Shown here: positions 60,938 through 64,000 of the stretch, piece after piece
Layout: each line of letters starts with the position of its first letter
Numbering within the stretch: position 1 is the stretch's first letter
Origin: Cyanophyceae cyanobacterium
Lineage (GTDB): Bacteria; Cyanobacteriota; Cyanobacteriia; Cyanobacteriales; JBHJGN01
DNA: 64,000 bases
Direction of reading: 5' to 3'
NCBI GenBank assembly: GCA_050331735.1
Contig: JBHJGN010000066.1
Coordinates: forward strand, 1-64,000
Translations under genes and position numbers: made by a program
The notes under the pieces: model-generated
Database searches by the model: none
What the model was told of the DNA's origin: nothing
Seen by the model: the letters and a program-made list of their open reading frames with translations, nothing else

Positions 60938-63676
60938 TCATCCTGCTTCTTGAAGCGCTTGCCAGACCCGTTCGGGAATCATCGGTAGCTGCCGCAGTCT
61001 TACCCCTGTCGCGTTGGCAACCGCATTAGCGATCGCCGGAGCCGTACAATTAGTTCCAATCTCCCCAATTCCTTTCGCCCCGAAGGGTCCGTAGGGATCG
61101 GCTTTTTCTACTAAGAACACGTCCATCGGTGGCGCATCGGTAGCGGCGGGGATGCGATAGGTCCGCAAATAGGGATTGAGAATTTTGCCTCGCTCATCGA
61201 TGCGTAATTCTTCGGCAAGGGCATAGCCCAAGCCCATAATAATACCTCCGGTAGCCTGCCCGTGGCAAATTCTGGGGTTGATGGCCGTCCCAACATCGAT
61301 AGCTTCCACGCAGCGCAGAACTTTGATCCGTCCAGTTTCGGTATCGACTTCGACTTCTACCCCCATAAAGGCAAAGGTTAACGACGAATTATCGGAGGTG
61401 TGTTCTAGTTCTACTTCTAGAGGTTTGCCTCGTTCAGCGGCAATTTGGGCTAATTCCTTAAGCGTGAGTTTAGCCGAGGGGGAAGTAATATAATCGTTAT
61501 CCAGCTCTAATTGGTCAGCCTTTGCTGCTAAAACCTCTGCCGCACCCTGGAGGAGATGCGATCGCAATTTACTCGCCGCTAAATTCACCGCCTGACCAGA
61601 GATAAAGGTGGTTGCCGAAGCGTAAGAACCAGCATCAAAGGGAGTCTGATGAGTATCGGCAGCAATGAGGTCAATCTTCTCAACTGTTGTGCCTAAAACT
61701 TGAGCCGCAATTTGTCTTAACGTGGTATCCGAACCCGTCCCTACATCCACAGCCCCCGTTTTTAGTTGATAGCGTCCATTCGGCTGCAATGAAAGATTCA
61801 CTCTCGCCCGGTGGATTTTTGCTAATCCACTCGCCTGCATCGTCGCTGCAAACCCAACGCCTCGCCGCAGAGGGCCATTTGGTTTTTGTTGAGGCTGATA
61901 GTTTAGTGCCTGAGTGACTTTCTCGATACATTCCGTCAGCGCATAGCTGCCAACGATGTGAAAATGTTCTTCTCTGCCAATTAAGATTTCATCTGCGGCA
62001 GTGATAAAGTTCTGCTGGCGGAAGGCGATCGCATCGATGTTTAGTTTCGCCGCAATTTCATCTAGCTGCGACTCTACGGCAAACGTGCCTTGGGTTGCCC
62101 CGTAGCCTCGCATCGCGCCAGCAGGCATCGTATTGGTATAGACTACGGTTCCCTGAAAGCGCTGGTGCGCACAGCGATACAAACCGAGAGGAAAGCAGCC
62201 TGTTAAAAAAATGACGGTTTCGCCGTGATTGCCATAAGCCCCTGTATTAGAAACCGCTGCCATTTCTTGGGCAACAATCGTGCCATCGGTCTTCACCCCA
62301 GTTTTGAGATGAATCTTCATCCCGTGACGGCTGTTGGTGGCGGTAAATTCTTCTTCTCTGGTTAGTCGCCACTGTACGGGCTGCTTGAGGTGCAGCGTTG
62401 CTAACGCGCAGAGATCTTCTGTCAGGATCTCCTGTTTGTTGCCAAACCCTCCCCCGAGGTGGGCTTTATAAACTCGCACTTTTTCTGGAGACAGGTCAAA
62501 CAGTTCTGATAGCAGCCTTTGGCAGTGAAAAGGAACTTGGGTACTAGAACGAACAACGAGTGTACCCTCTTCATCTACCCAACTAATGCTGACGTGCGGT
62601 TCGAGATGAACGTGCTGTACGGGCGGGACACGGTAGGTATTTTCAACAATTAAATCTGCTTGGGCAAACCCTTCTTCTAAATTGCCTTTTTCTAGAAGGA
62701 CTTCTCCGGCAATGTTGCGGGCAGCATCTTTAATCTGACTCGATTCGGTTTCGTCGTGAATAACGACTTGCCCCTGCATCGCTTCATCGGGATCGACAAC
62801 GTGGGGTAAGATTTCGTAATCTACTTCAATTAAATCGCAAGCCAGGGTAGCGATCGCCTCGGTATCCGCAACGACTGCTGCCACGCGATCACCGATGAAG
62901 CGCACTTTGTTATCTAGCAAGTAATGGTCAAACGGATCGGGGACGGGTGCGCCGTGTCCGGCGGTACTGTAGGCGCGACGGGATACATCTTCGTGAGTAA
63001 AAATTGCCCGTACTCCTTCTAGGGCTTTGGCTTGACTCGTATCGATGCGCCGAATCCGGGCATGGGGATGAGGCGATCGCACCACTTTGAGGTGTAGCAA
63101 TCCCGGAGGCGACCAGTCGGCAGTATAGATGGGTTTCCCGGTGACAATATCGGGACCATCCTGTTTGCGAACGCTTTGCCCCACTTGTCCTGCGACTTCG
63201 GTTAGCTGGATCTGCTGTACTGAATTGCAGCCTGCCTCTTCATTGCCTTGCAAAATGCTGTCGATAATCGACTGATAGCCCGTACAGCGACAAAGGTTGC
63301 CTTCTAATTCGCCTCGTAACTCGGCTTCTGTGTCATAGTTGAGCTTGGTGGCGGTCATAATCATGCCCGGCGTACAGTAGCCACACTGAAACCCCTGCCC
63401 TGCTAAAAAAGCCTCCTGCATCGAGGTTAAACCACTGGTTGCCAATCCTTCAATGGTTGTCACCTGATGACCATCAACGCGCCTAGCTGGATAGAGGCAG
63501 CTATGAATCGGCTGATCGTCTAGCCACACCGTACAGCTACCGCAATCGCCCGCTTCGCAAACGCGATGAACTCCCTTATAGCCTAGATTCCGTAGTAAGC
63601 TTAGGAGGCTCGTTCCAGGATCGCAGCTAGTTTCGTGATTCTGGGCATTGACTTGAAAATTGAGAGCATCAGACAT
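60938..63676 (-). CDS. Xanthine dehydrogenase family: fused 2Fe-2S and molybdopterin-binding subunit
   Basis: CEAGDCGSC, QCGYCTPG, CRCTGY; STQVP, GGGFGNK, AMRGYG, AKGIGE (catalytic Glu). Confidence 0.92.
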   Translation of the reverse strand: MSDALNFQVNAQNHETSCDPGTSLLSLLRNLGYKGVHRVCEAGDCGSCTVWLDDQPIHSCLYPARRVDGHQVTTIEGLATSGLTSMQEAFLAGQGFQCGYCTPGMIMTATKLNYDTEAELRGELEGNLCRCTGYQSIIDSILQGNEEAGCNSVQQIQLTEVAGQVGQSVRKQDGPDIVTGKPIYTADWSPPGLLHLKVVRSPHPHARIRRIDTSQAKALEGVRAIFTHEDVSRRAYSTAGHGAPVPDPFDHYLLDNKVRFIGDRVAAVVADTEAIATLACDLIEVDYEILPHVVDPDEAMQGQVVIHDETESSQIKDAARNIAGEVLLEKGNLEEGFAQADLIVENTYRVPPVQHVHLEPHVSISWVDEEGTLVVRSSTQVPFHCQRLLSELFDLSPEKVRVYKAHLGGGFGNKQEILTEDLCALATLHLKQPVQWRLTREEEFTATNSRHGMKIHLKTGVKTDGTIVAQEMAAVSNTGAYGNHGETVIFLTGCFPLGLYRCAHQRFQGTVVYTNTMPAGAMRGYGATQGTFAVESQLDEIAAKLNIDAIAFRQQNFITAADEILIGREEHFHIVGSYALTECIEKVTQALNYQPQQKPNGPLRRGVGFAATMQASGLAKIHRARVNLSLQPNGRYQLKTGAVDVGTGSDTTLRQIAAQVLGTTVEKIDLIAADTHQTPFDAGSYASATTFISGQAVNLAASKLRSHLLQGAAEVLAAKADQLELDNDYITSPSAKLTLKELAQIAAERGKPLEVELEHTSDNSSLTFAFMGVEVEVDTETGRIKVLRCVEAIDVGTAINPRICHGQATGGIIMGLGYALAEELRIDERGKILNPYLRTYRIPAATDAPPMDVFLVEKADPYGPFGAKGIGEIGTNCTAPAIANAVANATGVRLRQLPMIPERVWQALQEAG

Positions 63677-63878
63677 AGATTTTTGTTGATGGTTGATGGT
63701 TGATTGCTGTGTATCTCAGTGAAAAAAATTTGTTGATGGTTGAGTGCTATCTGTCTACTGCGCTTGTGTGGCTAAGTATAAGAAAGGCGATCGCGGTCGA
63801 GGGCGGTTTGGGATGGATGTGAAATTCACCTACATAGTCGTGACAAGACAATGAACGATCAACCCACCCATCAACAAG

Positions 63879-64000
63879 CTAGAATCTCCGTTCATATTTC
63901 ATCCCTGTCGTCAATTCGGTTACGGTGCGCTGCATCAAAACCTTGGTAATATGCTGACGATAGGGAGCGCTGGCTCTTTCGTCGTCTAAGTAGTCTTCAG
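63879..64000 (-). CDS. C-terminal end of the FAD-binding subunit of the xanthine dehydrogenase family (partial, runs off the window)
   Basis: Manual translation EDYLDDERASAPYRQHITKVLMQR…RF*; DD.RASA.YR is typical of CoxM/XdhB C-termini. Confidence 0.7.
   Translation of the reverse strand, partial: EDYLDDERASAPYRQHITKVLMQRTVTELTTGMKYERRF

Larger units (their letters stand above)
569..63794. repeat. HIP1 octamer GCGATCGC, highly iterated across the window
   Basis: Dozens of copies seen (first at 569, last at 63787), versus about 1 expected by chance; hallmark of cyanobacteria. None seen in the 15.6-17.6 kb R-M island. Confidence 0.95.

Noticed and set aside
1111..61931. Numerous 60-180 aa ORFs nested in or antisense to long genes (e.g. 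4068..4511, 10277..10798, 18760..19200, 39559..40104)
   Set aside because: Shadow ORFs of well-supported genes or of repeat tracts; no motifs
1..64000. tRNA, rRNA, CRISPR arrays, IS transposases, integrases
   Set aside because: None recognised by eye; tRNAscan-SE and ISEScan would be needed to exclude small or degraded ones

Overview
Cyanobacterial chromosomal window, identified by dense HIP1 octamers (GCGATCGC), psaD, a cyanobacterial AbrB-like regulator and a DICT-domain kinase. It is mostly housekeeping (glmS, cobD/cbiB, trmH, gpsA, glpK, malic enzyme, trpE, psaD, 2-Cys Prx, pdxA) with several accessory modules. The main module is an AT-rich PvuII-like restriction-modification island (about 15.6-17.6 kb). 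It has an M.PvuII-like methyltransferase convergent with a controller(HTH)-PvuII endonuclease fusion whose catalytic Asp appears to be Asn. A 21-bp dyad operator occurs three times, once before M and twice before C-R. By manual scan the PvuII site CAGCTG is absent from the whole window. Other features: a probable 6S RNA between psaD and trpE; a highly structured leader before the peroxiredoxin gene; a PatA_N/MglA/MglB operon ending in a V4R pseudogene; a Rieske oxygenase plus sarcosine-oxidase-like pair; a degenerate SucCD; a PlsY-PEP-utilising fusion; a purine-catabolism cluster (xanthine dehydrogenase family, xdhC, mocA-like, puuE); three pseudogenes; and dispersed intergenic repeats. All family assignments come from motif recognition by eye, with no database searches.
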